64,000 nt of DNA, taken from the NCBI GenBank assembly GCA_045637545.1, contig JAZTZR010000037.1, positions 435 through 64,434 of the forward strand. The letters run 5' to 3'. Origin of the DNA: Vescimonas sp. (GTDB lineage: Bacteria; Bacillota; Clostridia; Oscillospirales; Oscillospiraceae). How positions within the stretch are numbered: position 1 is the first letter of the stretch; each line of letters opens with the position of its first letter. A model generated the notes under the pieces. The model was not told the DNA's origin. It saw only the letters and a program-made list of their open reading frames with translations, and searched no databases. This document shows, piece by piece, positions 50,469-59,977 of this stretch. The translations under genes and the position numbers were made by a program.

Positions 50469-52157
50469 GTGCTGGAAATTCTGCATATTGAGAATATTGC
50501 CATCATCGAGCGTGCAGAGATCGCCTTTGCCCGCGGCTTTAATGCGCTGACAGGTGAGACCGGTGCCGGTAAATCCATCGTTATTGACTCTATGAGCGCC
50601 GTGCTGGGCCAGCGCACCTCCCGTGATTTGATCCGTACCGGTGCTGACAAGGCATTTGTCAGCGCATGGTTTTCCCATGTTCCCTTGTCTATCTGCGAGG
50701 ATTTGGGTGTTACGCCCGATGAGGATGGAAATCTGATGCTGCAGCGCGAGATCCACGCTGACGGCAAGAATGTCTGTCGCGTGGGTGGTCGACCCGTCAC
50801 CGTGTCACAGCTCCGTCAACTGGGTAGCCGCTTGGTGAATATCCACGGTCAGCACGATGGACAACAACTGTTGGATGAGGAGCAGCATCTGACTTTTTTG
50901 GATAGCTATGGAAAGCTGGAAGAAGTCCATTCTTCCTATGCTGAAAAGTATTCTTCCTTAACAGAAATCCGCCGAAAAATGACGGCGTTGCAGATGGACG
51001 AGGCGGAGAAAGCGCGCCGCATGGACACGCTGCAATATCAGATTGCAGAGCTGGAGCGGGCCAAGCTGCAGGAGGGGGAAGAGGAGTCGTTGACTTCTCG
51101 CCGCAACCTGCTGCGCAACGGTGAGAAATTCATCTCCGCCGTCTCCGGCTGTGACCATTTCCTCAGCGGTGGCGATGACAGCGACGGTGTACTGACGCTG
51201 TTGAAGCGTGCGCAGGAGTCCCTTGGCAGTGTGCGGAATCTGGACGAGAGCTTTTCTGGTCTCTACGAGCGGTTGCAGGAGGTCTACAGCGAGATCTACG
51301 ACATTGCCGATACTGTCAGCGATCAGCGGGCCAACTTCGACTTCTCCCCAAATGAGCTGGACGAAGTGGAGAGTCGTCTCGATCTTCTTTATCGACTGAA
51401 GAAGAAATACGGCCCCACGGTGGAGGAGATGTTGGCATACCTCGATAAGTGCCGCGCAGAACTGGATAACATCTGCTATGCCGGTGACACACTTGAGCGG
51501 TTGAAGAAGGACGAGCAGAAGGCAGAGAAGGCTGCCATGGCTGCAGCGCAGGAACTGTCAGCTCAGCGCAAGAAGGCTGCTGCCGACTTGGAAGTGTTGG
51601 TGCTGGATGAGCTGCGGCAGTTGGATATGGCCAATATTCGCTTCTGCGTGGAATTTACCCAGCAGACCCCTGATGCCACCGGTATCGACAGCGTTCGTTT
51701 CCTTATGTCTGCCAATGTGGGTGAGGAGTTGAAGCCCATCAATAAGATCGCCTCCGGTGGTGAATTGGCCCGTATCATGCTGGCGCTGAAGAATGTCCTC
51801 AGCGAGCAGGACATGGTAGGAACGCTCGTTTTTGACGAGGTGGACACCGGCGTCAGCGGCCGCGCGGCACAGAAGGTGGCCGAGAAAATGGCCCGCATCG
51901 CCGGCAGTAAGCAGGTGCTGTGTGTGACCCATTTGCCGCAGCTGGCCGCAATGGCCGATACCCATTTCTCTGTTGAGAAGGGCGAGCGTGACGGACGCAC
52001 CTACACCAATGTGGAGGAATTGGGGCGCGCTCGCCGCAGAGAAGAGTTGGCTCGACTGACCGGCGGCGCCCTTGTATCCGATACCATGCTGCAGAGTGCC
52101 GAGGAGCTTCTCGCACAGGCAGAGACATTCAAAAAAAAACTGTCCGTCCAGTCTTGA
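50469..52157 (+). CDS. recN: DNA repair protein RecN
   Basis: TGETGAGKS, IHGQH, ASGGELAR, FDEVDTGVSG, VTHLPQ. Confidence 0.96.
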   Translation: MLEILHIENIAIIERAEIAFARGFNALTGETGAGKSIVIDSMSAVLGQRTSRDLIRTGADKAFVSAWFSHVPLSICEDLGVTPDEDGNLMLQREIHADGKNVCRVGGRPVTVSQLRQLGSRLVNIHGQHDGQQLLDEEQHLTFLDSYGKLEEVHSSYAEKYSSLTEIRRKMTALQMDEAEKARRMDTLQYQIAELERAKLQEGEEESLTSRRNLLRNGEKFISAVSGCDHFLSGGDDSDGVLTLLKRAQESLGSVRNLDESFSGLYERLQEVYSEIYDIADTVSDQRANFDFSPNELDEVESRLDLLYRLKKKYGPTVEEMLAYLDKCRAELDNICYAGDTLERLKKDEQKAEKAAMAAAQELSAQRKKAAADLEVLVLDELRQLDMANIRFCVEFTQQTPDATGIDSVRFLMSANVGEELKPINKIASGGELARIMLALKNVLSEQDMVGTLVFDEVDTGVSGRAAQKVAEKMARIAGSKQVLCVTHLPQLAAMADTHFSVEKGERDGRTYTNVEELGRARRREELARLTGGALVSDTMLQSAEELLAQAETFKKKLSVQS

Positions 52158-52181
52158 CAAACGGAAAATTTCTGTTATAAT
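52154..52181 (+). promoter_or_regulatory. SigA promoter of the tyrS leader, overlapping the recN stop codon
   Basis: TTGACA(52154-52159)-16 bp-TATAAT(52176-52181) with a TG extension. Confidence 0.75.
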
Positions 52182-52206
52182 GACGGCGAAAACAGCATAC
52201 CTTACT

Positions 52207-52473
52207 GTGATGAAGAGAACACAGTAGCATGCCGCGCAATCCTGCAAAGAGAAACCCCGGTTGGTGGAAGGGGGGGAGGATCGGACATGCGAATTACCTC
52301 TCGGAGCAGCCCTTTGAACGCCCGTGTGGTCAGTAGGAGTGTGTCGGGTTCGCCCGTTATAGCGATAGGGTGTTTTCGTGCACCCGACGAGGCCGTAATT
52401 GTGAGATTGCGGCGAATATGAGGTGGTACCGCGATATTTTCGCCCTCTGTCTATGGACAGAGGGCGTTTTTTA
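52207..52473 (+). promoter_or_regulatory. T-box riboswitch (Tyr, specifier UAC)
   Basis: GATGAAGAGAACACAGTA, AGAGA/GGTGGAA loops, gaatTACctctcggag specifier at 52295-52297, GAGGTGGTACCGCG T-box, terminator cgccctctgtc-tatg-gacagagggcg + T-tract. Confidence 0.93.
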
Positions 52474-52531
52474 TTATTGTATTTCCCGTAACGAGACAAA
52501 CTATTGAAACAATAGAAAGGATAGGAAGATT

Positions 52532-53758
52532 ATGAAGATTTATGAAGAACTGGTAGCCCGCGGCTTGATCGCACAGGTCACCAACGAGGACGAGATCCGC
52601 GAGATGGTGAATAATGGCAAGGCCACTTTCTATATCGGGTTTGACTGCACCGCTGACTCCCTCCATGTGGGTCACTTTATGGCACTGTGCCTGATGAAGC
52701 GCCTGCAGATGGCCGGCAACAAGCCCATCGCCCTGATTGGCGATGGTACTACCCTCATCGGCGATCCTTCCGGTCGTAGTGATATGCGTCAGATGCTCAC
52801 CGAGGAGACCATCAAGTACAACGCAGAGTGCTTCAAGCGTCAGATGGAGAAGTTCATCGACTTCTCTGACAATAAGGCAATGATGCTGTACAACTCCGAG
52901 TGGCTCAAGCCTCTGAACTATATCGAGATGCTGCGAGAGGTGGGCGCTTGCTTCTCCGTTAATAACATGCTGCGTGCTGAGTGCTACAAACAGCGTATGG
53001 AGAAGGGTCTCAGCTTCCTGGAATTCAACTACATGATCATGCAGAGCTATGATTTCTACTACATGTTCCAGCACTATGGCTGCAACATGCAGTTCGGCGG
53101 CAACGATCAGTGGAGCAATATGCTGGGCGGTACGGAGCTGATCCGCCGCAAGCTGGGTAAGGATGCCCACGCCATGACCATCACCCTGCTCCTCAACTCC
53201 GAGGGAAACAAGATGGGCAAGACCGCCAACGGCGCCGTATGGCTGGATCCCAACAAGACCTCTCCCTTCGAGTTCTATCAGTACTGGCGTAATGTGGACG
53301 ATGCCGATGTTCTCAAGTGCATCCGTATGCTGACCTTCCTGCCCATTGAGGAGATCGAGAAGATGTCCGATTGGGAGGGCGCACAGCTGAACGAGGCAAA
53401 GGATATCCTTGCATATGAGCTGACTAAGCTTGTTCACAGTGAGGAGGAGGCCGAGAAGGCACGCACCGCCTCCAAGGCATTGTTCTCCGGCGCAGGCGAT
53501 GCCGAGCATATGCCTACCACCGAACTGACCAACGACGATTTCGGTGGCGGCAGTATTGACATTATGAGCCTGATGGTCAAGTGCGGTTTGGCACCCTCCC
53601 GCGGTGAGGCCCGCCGTCTCATCCAGCAGGGCGGCGTCAGCGTCAACGATGAGAAGGTCACTGCCATCGACGCCACCTTCGGCTGTGAGCAGTTCACCGG
53701 CGACGGTGTGATCATCCGCAAGGGTAAGAAAGTCTTCCACCGCGCTGTGTTGGTGTGA
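52532..53758 (+). CDS. tyrS: Tyrosine--tRNA ligase
   Basis: GFDCTADSLHVGH, QFGGNDQW, KMGKT, C-terminal S4. Confidence 0.97.
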   Translation: MKIYEELVARGLIAQVTNEDEIREMVNNGKATFYIGFDCTADSLHVGHFMALCLMKRLQMAGNKPIALIGDGTTLIGDPSGRSDMRQMLTEETIKYNAECFKRQMEKFIDFSDNKAMMLYNSEWLKPLNYIEMLREVGACFSVNNMLRAECYKQRMEKGLSFLEFNYMIMQSYDFYYMFQHYGCNMQFGGNDQWSNMLGGTELIRRKLGKDAHAMTITLLLNSEGNKMGKTANGAVWLDPNKTSPFEFYQYWRNVDDADVLKCIRMLTFLPIEEIEKMSDWEGAQLNEAKDILAYELTKLVHSEEEAEKARTASKALFSGAGDAEHMPTTELTNDDFGGGSIDIMSLMVKCGLAPSRGEARRLIQQGGVSVNDEKVTAIDATFGCEQFTGDGVIIRKGKKVFHRAVLV

Positions 53759-53778
53759 GATAGAGAAATTGTATAGAC

Positions 53779-53811
53779 GCAAAAAATCCCGCCGATGGCG
53801 GGATTTTTTGC
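53779..53811. terminator. Bidirectional terminator
   Basis: gcaaaaaatcccgcc-gat-ggcgggattttttgc. Confidence 0.88.
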
Positions 53812-53814
53812 GTG

Positions 53815-55380
53815 TTATTCAAAGTGTACTTCGATGATAATGCGTACATCTTCGTCATCATCCATCGTGGAAGAAACGAGACCGGGATTTTTCGCCAGAT
53901 CGCCGTCAAAGAGAAGGGTCGTATTCTCACCGAAGGCAATATTCATCAGCATAACGGAATCACCTTTTTCGACCGTAGTGGCTTCACGATCCTGCAACCA
54001 TGAACAGGTATAGTCCTCAGCGATATCAGGAAAGCGTTCCTTTAAAGATAGAATAAGCCAACCAGCCTCCTTTGTCCCAAAAGTATATTCAGAGGCGAAC
54101 AGCAGGAAGTTTGGCTTGTAGTCATAATGGAAATCAAAACGAAATTTCCCCTTTTCTCTATCCTCCCAGTACGGTTCAAGACGAAGCGAGAGGAGACGGT
54201 CGGCATCTATCAGTCTGTCGGCGTCTATGACAAATTCCCCATTGTGATAGTAGCTGTAGCGGATATACACATCGGTAATATCTTCATGTAAATGGAATCG
54301 CCATGCGGGGGAGCGGCCGCCCGCGGTGGAGTTGCGTACATAGCTCTCGCCCAGAGGGACAGCACCCGTAAAGGCAAACACCGCGGCGAAGATGGCGATG
54401 ACGGCCACCAAGAACACGGCGGCGGCCCTGGTTTGGGGCTTTTTGGCGATCAGCACGATGCGCTCTTTCAATGTGCGCTTACCGCCCGTCATGGTGGTGG
54501 CGGTGAGAATGAGGTCGTTTGCGCGGGCGTTACGGCAGCTGAGGGCGATGAGGGTACGCCCGTAGTCGGTGCGCTGCTCCTCACCCAAGGATTCGATGGC
54601 GGCTTCGTCGCAGGCAAGCTCGGCATCGCGGCGGGAGAGGGCCGCTGCCCACCACACCAAGGGATTATACCAGTGGAGTGCCAGTGCTGCGGCACGGAAG
54701 ATACCCCAAATGTGGTCGCGGTGGCGATAGTGACTCAATTCATGGCTCAGCACATGTCGCAGGGCGGTTTCATCCGCTGCCACGGCGGGGGTCACATAGA
54801 TGGCGGGAGCGATAAGCCCGTGGAGACAGGGAGTCTCCGTCACCTCGGAGATATACACGGGGCGGGGACAGTCTACCTCCAACCTCTGCCGTGTGCGGCG
54901 GAGGCGGCGGGAAAAGATGGCGTTCACGACAATGAACCACGCCGCCACAATCCCGATACCCACCAACCACAAGGGCAGGAGGATATTTTCGGCGAAATTC
55001 TTCACGTTACTGGAACGCTGCCAGCGGGCGAACTCCTCTGCATCGGCGTTTTCGGCGATTTGGGTGTAGGCATCGGTGGCAGGTGTGCCGTCAAGGTGGA
55101 AAAAGCCCTTCACATAGCCGATGATCTCGCCATCGCTCATATGCTCCACCCTTGTGACCTTCTCCAGCCGCTCCAAATCCTGGGACAGCTGTGTGCTCTC
55201 TACAAAGGAGGCGGCGGAGTAGGGGACGTGCATCACCGAGACGGGTACAAGCAGCCGCACCAGCACCAAGCCCCACAGGAGATAGCCCACCACGGGGCTC
55301 ATTCTGCCACGCAGGGCAAAGCGCAGGATGATGACCGCCACAATGAGGAGGGAAGAGGAAATGATCCAGTTCAGCATCAT
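53815..55380 (-). CDS. M56-family (BlaR1/MecR1-like) membrane metallopeptidase sensor
   Basis: YLLWGLVLVRL, HELSH zinc motif, HWYNPLVW, ELACDE, LKERI; the C-terminal domain is not recognisably penicillin-binding. Confidence 0.9.
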   Translation of the reverse strand: MMLNWIISSSLLIVAVIILRFALRGRMSPVVGYLLWGLVLVRLLVPVSVMHVPYSAASFVESTQLSQDLERLEKVTRVEHMSDGEIIGYVKGFFHLDGTPATDAYTQIAENADAEEFARWQRSSNVKNFAENILLPLWLVGIGIVAAWFIVVNAIFSRRLRRTRQRLEVDCPRPVYISEVTETPCLHGLIAPAIYVTPAVAADETALRHVLSHELSHYRHRDHIWGIFRAAALALHWYNPLVWWAAALSRRDAELACDEAAIESLGEEQRTDYGRTLIALSCRNARANDLILTATTMTGGKRTLKERIVLIAKKPQTRAAAVFLVAVIAIFAAVFAFTGAVPLGESYVRNSTAGGRSPAWRFHLHEDITDVYIRYSYYHNGEFVIDADRLIDADRLLSLRLEPYWEDREKGKFRFDFHYDYKPNFLLFASEYTFGTKEAGWLILSLKERFPDIAEDYTCSWLQDREATTVEKGDSVMLMNIAFGENTTLLFDGDLAKNPGLVSSTMDDDEDVRIIIEVHFE

Positions 55381-55392
55381 AGCGACCCCTCC

Positions 55393-55770
55393 TTACTGCC
55401 GCTCCTCGGCGCGGCGCAGGATTGCGTACAGCTCTTCGATTTCCTTTTGTGTGAGATTTTGCTTTTCCGTCATGGCACTCACCAAGTTGCTGACGCTGCC
55501 GTGATAGACGCGACTGAGGAAATCCTCCGTCTCCCGTTGGGCGGCTTGCGCCCGCGATACAAGAGGGGCGTAAGCTTTCACACCGTCCTCGCCGTCATGG
55601 CAAGCGATGACACCTTTTTCCGTCATGCGCCGCAGCATGGTGAGGGTGGTGCTGCGACTCCACATGGCGTGGGCGTGGAGATAGTCCACCGCCTCGCGGC
55701 CTGTAACGCTGCCCTTTTCCCACAGACATTCCATCAGCTTCCACTCCGTGGGGGTAAAACTGTGTTCCAT
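55393..55770 (-). CDS. BlaI/MecI/CopY-family repressor
   Basis: EWKLMECLW, WSRSTTLTMLRRMTEKG, FLSRVYHGS; GGAGG RBS. Confidence 0.92.
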   Translation of the reverse strand: MEHSFTPTEWKLMECLWEKGSVTGREAVDYLHAHAMWSRSTTLTMLRRMTEKGVIACHDGEDGVKAYAPLVSRAQAAQRETEDFLSRVYHGSVSNLVSAMTEKQNLTQKEIEELYAILRRAEERQ

Positions 55771-55787
55771 ATGCGTACCTCCCGTTA

Positions 55788-55834
55788 GTTTACATTGTAA
55801 ACATATGGTAACACAGGCTGTTTACATTGTCAAC
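55788..55834 (-). promoter_or_regulatory. BlaI-type operator pair and promoter
   Basis: GTTTACATTGTAAAC palindrome 55788-55802 and GTTTACATTGTCAAC 55820-55834; minus-strand TTGACA-17-TACCAT. Confidence 0.8.
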
Positions 55835-55927
55835 AGGATATTGTTTCCTGAGATTTTGCTGCCTTGACGAAACGGGGTAAAGGCGGTAGAATAGGAAAAG
55901 CATTTTTCCTGTAAGGAGTACAGAACC

Positions 55928-56998
55928 ATGAAAAAAATGGGTGTTTTGCCGTTGGCGTTTACATATGTGGGCTGCTTCCTCGGTGCCGGCTTTGTGTCCG
56001 GTCAGGAACTGTGGCAGTTTTTTGGATCCTTTGGCGGCTGGGGTTTTCTGGGATTTGCGCTGGCAGCGGCGCTGTTTGTGTTTTTTGGCGTGATCCTAAT
56101 GCGCTTGACACAAATGACGGGGTATACGGAATTGGATCAGCTGCTGGTGCCATGGGAGAAAGCGGCTTGGCTTCGTAAGGCTGCCGGTGTGATCGCAGCG
56201 CTGTTCCTCTTTGGTGTGGTGGTGCTGATGTCTGCCGGTGTCGGTGCTATGCTGCAGCAGCTGTTTGGTGTTTCCGAGTGGATCGGCAGTGCGATCTTCA
56301 CTGTGATCGTGGTGGTCATTGCCCTCTTTGGTGTCAGTGGTATGATCAACGCCTTTTCCATGCTGATTCCTGTGCTGACCATTGCGGCAGTGATTTTTGC
56401 GATCTGTGCTTGGGGTAAGTTTGATACGACCCTGCTGCGCAATATGACTGTGGTGAACGAGAATCCCTTAATGCCCAACTGGTTTGTTGCCGCATTGACC
56501 TTTGTGGCCTACAATCTGCTGGGCGGTATCGGCATCATGGTGCCGGTTGGCCCGCTGGTGAAGAAGAAAGCAACCGTCTTTGGCGGTATGATCCTCAGCG
56601 GTGTTGTGCTGGTCGCCATCGCATACTGCATCCTCTCCTCCGTCTGCATCTATCCTCCTGCCGTGGAGCAGCAGTTGCCCATGGTAGCGGTAGCCAGCGG
56701 TCTTCTGCCGATTCTGGGTAATGTCTACGGCGTACTGCTGGCGCTGGCTATGTTCTGCAATTCCCTTGCATCTCTCGTGGGACTGATGACCCATCTGAAG
56801 CAGAAGGTTGCCTTTGTACAGCGCCGTGAAAAGCCGATTTTGGCAGTCTTTGCCGTAGTGGTATGGGCGGGAAGTCTCTTCGGCTTCGGTGATATCATCG
56901 GCGTGTTTTTCCCTGTGTTTGGCTATATCAGTATCCTCTTCCTTGTGACCATGGTGATCCATTACATTCAGTGCTGCCGCAGAAAGAAGGAGGCATAA
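55928..56998 (+). CDS. YkvI-like polytopic membrane protein (putative transporter)
   Basis: YVGCFLGAGFVSGQELWQFF signature; about ten TM helices; TTGACG-17-TAGAAT promoter at 55864-55892. Confidence 0.8.
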   Translation: MKKMGVLPLAFTYVGCFLGAGFVSGQELWQFFGSFGGWGFLGFALAAALFVFFGVILMRLTQMTGYTELDQLLVPWEKAAWLRKAAGVIAALFLFGVVVLMSAGVGAMLQQLFGVSEWIGSAIFTVIVVVIALFGVSGMINAFSMLIPVLTIAAVIFAICAWGKFDTTLLRNMTVVNENPLMPNWFVAALTFVAYNLLGGIGIMVPVGPLVKKKATVFGGMILSGVVLVAIAYCILSSVCIYPPAVEQQLPMVAVASGLLPILGNVYGVLLALAMFCNSLASLVGLMTHLKQKVAFVQRREKPILAVFAVVVWAGSLFGFGDIIGVFFPVFGYISILFLVTMVIHYIQCCRRKKEA

Positions 56999-57001
56999 AT
57001 A

Positions 57002-57784
57002 ATGGAAGCAATTAAGCATTACCTGCTCTCACCGCCGTTCTGGATCAGTGTTTTGACGCTGGTCGTGTCGGTGATCGTTTGGAAAGTTGTCCGTGTATTT
57101 CTGCGTAAAGTCCTGAAAACGACCAGTGAAAAAAAGGGACATACGAATCTTCGCGTTGTCAATACCGCTATCAAGAGTGCCTATGTGTTGCTGATTGCTG
57201 CTGTGATCCTGCAGATCAACGGCATTAACATTGGTACGCTGTTTACCGGTCTTGGTGTTGCCGGTATCATCGTCGGTTTTGCCCTGCAGGATATTCTGAA
57301 GGATCTCATGATGGGTAGCAGCATCATGTGGGATAAGTTCTTTGTCGAGGGTGATTACATCTGCTACGGCGGCAAGGAAGGTAAGGTTGTGGAATTCAAC
57401 GCAAAGGTGACGAAGATGTACAGCTTTGTAGATGATGCCATTCTTACCATCAGCAACCGTAACATCACTGAGATTGCGATGGCAAGTACGCTTGTTGGTA
57501 TTACCATTCCGGCACCTTATGAAGAGCCACTGTCTCACATTCGTGAGGCAATGGCGGAGATTGTGCGCCGTGCAAAAGAACTGCCCGGTGTGGAGGATGC
57601 AGAATTTCTGGGTACCGATGAGTTTGCAGACAGTGCTATCAACTATAAGCTACTGCTGCACTGCACTGATCCTTCTGCGAAAGGAGCTTCGCGTCGTGGT
57701 ACACTGGATATTGTCCAGGAGGTCTTTGCTGAGGAAAAGATTACCATTCCCTATCCCCAGATGGATGTGCATATGGGCAAGTAA
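57002..57784 (+). CDS. Small-conductance mechanosensitive channel family protein
   Basis: GLGVAGIIVGFALQD, GDYI..GKV, ITIPYPQMDVH. Confidence 0.9.
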   Translation: MEAIKHYLLSPPFWISVLTLVVSVIVWKVVRVFLRKVLKTTSEKKGHTNLRVVNTAIKSAYVLLIAAVILQINGINIGTLFTGLGVAGIIVGFALQDILKDLMMGSSIMWDKFFVEGDYICYGGKEGKVVEFNAKVTKMYSFVDDAILTISNRNITEIAMASTLVGITIPAPYEEPLSHIREAMAEIVRRAKELPGVEDAEFLGTDEFADSAINYKLLLHCTDPSAKGASRRGTLDIVQEVFAEEKITIPYPQMDVHMGK

Positions 57785-57789
57785 ATAAG

Positions 57790-57819
57790 AAAACCGGAGC
57801 GAATTCGCTCCGGTTTTTT
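57790..57819. terminator. Bidirectional terminator
   Basis: aaaaccggagcg-aatt-cgctccggtttttt. Confidence 0.85.
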
Positions 57820-57825
57820 GCATCA

Positions 57826-59928
57826 TTACATGGAAAAAAGGATATCGGCGTAGGTGGGGAAGGGCCAGTGCTTAGCAGCGGCCAGCTGTTCCAGTTCATT
57901 GATCAGCTCGCTCATCTTGCATCGCTTGGCGTCTACCTGATCGCGGTAATACTTGGCAGCACTCAGACCTCCATCCGTAGCGGGTGCCTTGTTCAAAGCC
58001 CGTTCCAATGCACTGCAGGCATTGAAGAGCTTAGAAGAGAGCTCTGACATGCGGCGCAGGGCAGCGGTCTCCGTAGTAACAGGAACAGAGACGCCACAGT
58101 TTTGCTTGTGGAAGATAGCGGTGGCCAATTCATCGGTACAAGTGGTAACAGCAGGGAGAATGTGACGGCGGGCCATCTCCAGCAGCGTGTTGCCCTCAAT
58201 GGTAACCACCTTACAGTAGTTCTCCAGATGGATCTCGTAGCGGGCCTCCAACTCAGCACGGGTCAGGATACCGTGACGGCCAAAGAGGTCAATATTCTTC
58301 TTATCGATATAGGCAGGCAGCGCCTCCACCGTATTACGGAGATTGCTCAAGCCACGGCGCTTGGCTTCTGTCATCCACTCCTCACCATAGCCGTTGCCGT
58401 TAAAGATGATGCGGCAATGGTTGGTGAAAGTTTCGCGCAGCAACTGTTGCAGAGCCGTCTGGAAATCGTCGGCCTTTTCCAGTACCTCGGCAAAGCGGCA
58501 CAGCTCATCTGCCATCATGGTGTTGAGTACGGCGGTAGGGCTGGCAATGGATTGGCTGGCGCCAACCATACGGAACTCAAACTTGTTACCGGTAAAGGCG
58601 ATGGGAGAGGTACGGTTGCGGTCGGTGGTATCCTGCGGAATCTCCGGCAGGGTATCCACACCGATCTGCAGCTTGCGCTTGGCGACCTCTACATACTCCT
58701 CACCGTTGATGATGGAATCGAGAATGGCGGTCAGCTCATCGCCAAGGAATACGGACAGTACAGCCGGAGGGGCCTCGTGACCGCCGAGACGGCAGTCGTT
58801 GCCGGGATAAGCCACACAGCAGCGCAGCATATCCTGATATTCATCCACGCCTTTGATAAAGGCGGCAAGGAACAGCAGGAACTGAGCGTTCTGGCTGGGG
58901 GTCTTACCGGGTTTGAGAAGATTTTCACCCTCGTCGGTGCACAGAGACCAGTTGTCGTGCTTACCGCTGCCGTTGACACCGTCAAAGGGCTTTTCGTGGA
59001 GCAGGCAGACAAAGTTATGGCGGCCAGCCACCGTCTTGAGGATCTCCATGGTCAGCTGGTTCTGGTCGCAGGCGGTGTTGGCATCGCAGTAAATGGGGGC
59101 GACCTCATGCTGGCAGGGAGCGGCTTCGTTGTGCTCGGTCTTTGCAAAGACGCCCAGCTTCCACAATTCCTCGTCCAGTTCGTGCATAAAAGCGGCGACA
59201 CGGGGCTTGATGGAACCGTAGTAGTGATCGTCCAGTTCCTGACCCTTGGGAGGCTTGGCACCGAAGAGCGTGCGGCCGCACAGCTTCAGATCCAGACGCT
59301 TGCGGTAGTCCTCCTTGTCAATGAGGAAATACTCCTGCTCGGCACCAACCTGAGGAATGACACGCTGAGCTGTGGTATTGCCAAAGAGACGCAGGATGCG
59401 CAAACTTTGACGCTCCAGTGCACGCATAGAGCGCAGCAGGGGAGTTTTCTTATCCAGCGTCTGACCGGAATAAGAGCAGAAAATGGTGGGAATATAAAGG
59501 GTGCGATCCTTGACGAAGGCATAGGAAGTGGGATCCCATGCGGTGTATCCGCGGGCCTCGAAGGTGGCGCGAAGGCCGCCGGAGGGGAAGGAGGAGGCAT
59601 CGGCCTCACCCTGGCTGAGTTCCTTACCGGACAGCTCCATCACAATGCCGCCGCGTCCGTCGGGTACGATAAAGCTGTCGTGCTTTTCGGCGGTGAAGCC
59701 TGTCATAGGCTGGAACCAGTGGGTAAAGTGGGTAGCACCCTGTTCGATGGCCCAGTCTTTCATGGCGGTGGCGATCTCATCGGCAATGTCGCGGCTCAAA
59801 GATGCGCCCTGTGCAAGGCACTGTTGCCATGCACGGTACAGTTCGGGGGACAGACGCTGACGCATTTTCTCCTCGTTAAATACCATGCTGCCAAACAGAG
59901 CGGGCACATTGTTCGTAAGCTTATCCAT
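57826..59928 (-). CDS. glnA: Glutamine synthetase type III
   Basis: THWFQPMTGFTAEKHDSF, DASSFPSGGLRATFEARGY, HEKPFDGVNGSGKH, DRNRTSP; AAGGAG before ATG 59928. Confidence 0.94.
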   Translation of the reverse strand: MDKLTNNVPALFGSMVFNEEKMRQRLSPELYRAWQQCLAQGASLSRDIADEIATAMKDWAIEQGATHFTHWFQPMTGFTAEKHDSFIVPDGRGGIVMELSGKELSQGEADASSFPSGGLRATFEARGYTAWDPTSYAFVKDRTLYIPTIFCSYSGQTLDKKTPLLRSMRALERQSLRILRLFGNTTAQRVIPQVGAEQEYFLIDKEDYRKRLDLKLCGRTLFGAKPPKGQELDDHYYGSIKPRVAAFMHELDEELWKLGVFAKTEHNEAAPCQHEVAPIYCDANTACDQNQLTMEILKTVAGRHNFVCLLHEKPFDGVNGSGKHDNWSLCTDEGENLLKPGKTPSQNAQFLLFLAAFIKGVDEYQDMLRCCVAYPGNDCRLGGHEAPPAVLSVFLGDELTAILDSIINGEEYVEVAKRKLQIGVDTLPEIPQDTTDRNRTSPIAFTGNKFEFRMVGASQSIASPTAVLNTMMADELCRFAEVLEKADDFQTALQQLLRETFTNHCRIIFNGNGYGEEWMTEAKRRGLSNLRNTVEALPAYIDKKNIDLFGRHGILTRAELEARYEIHLENYCKVVTIEGNTLLEMARRHILPAVTTCTDELATAIFHKQNCGVSVPVTTETAALRRMSELSSKLFNACSALERALNKAPATDGGLSAAKYYRDQVDAKRCKMSELINELEQLAAAKHWPFPTYADILFSM

Positions 59929-59977
59929 TGCAGTAACTCCTTTCGCCATCGAAGGACGGGTTGTTTCGTTTGTAGAC

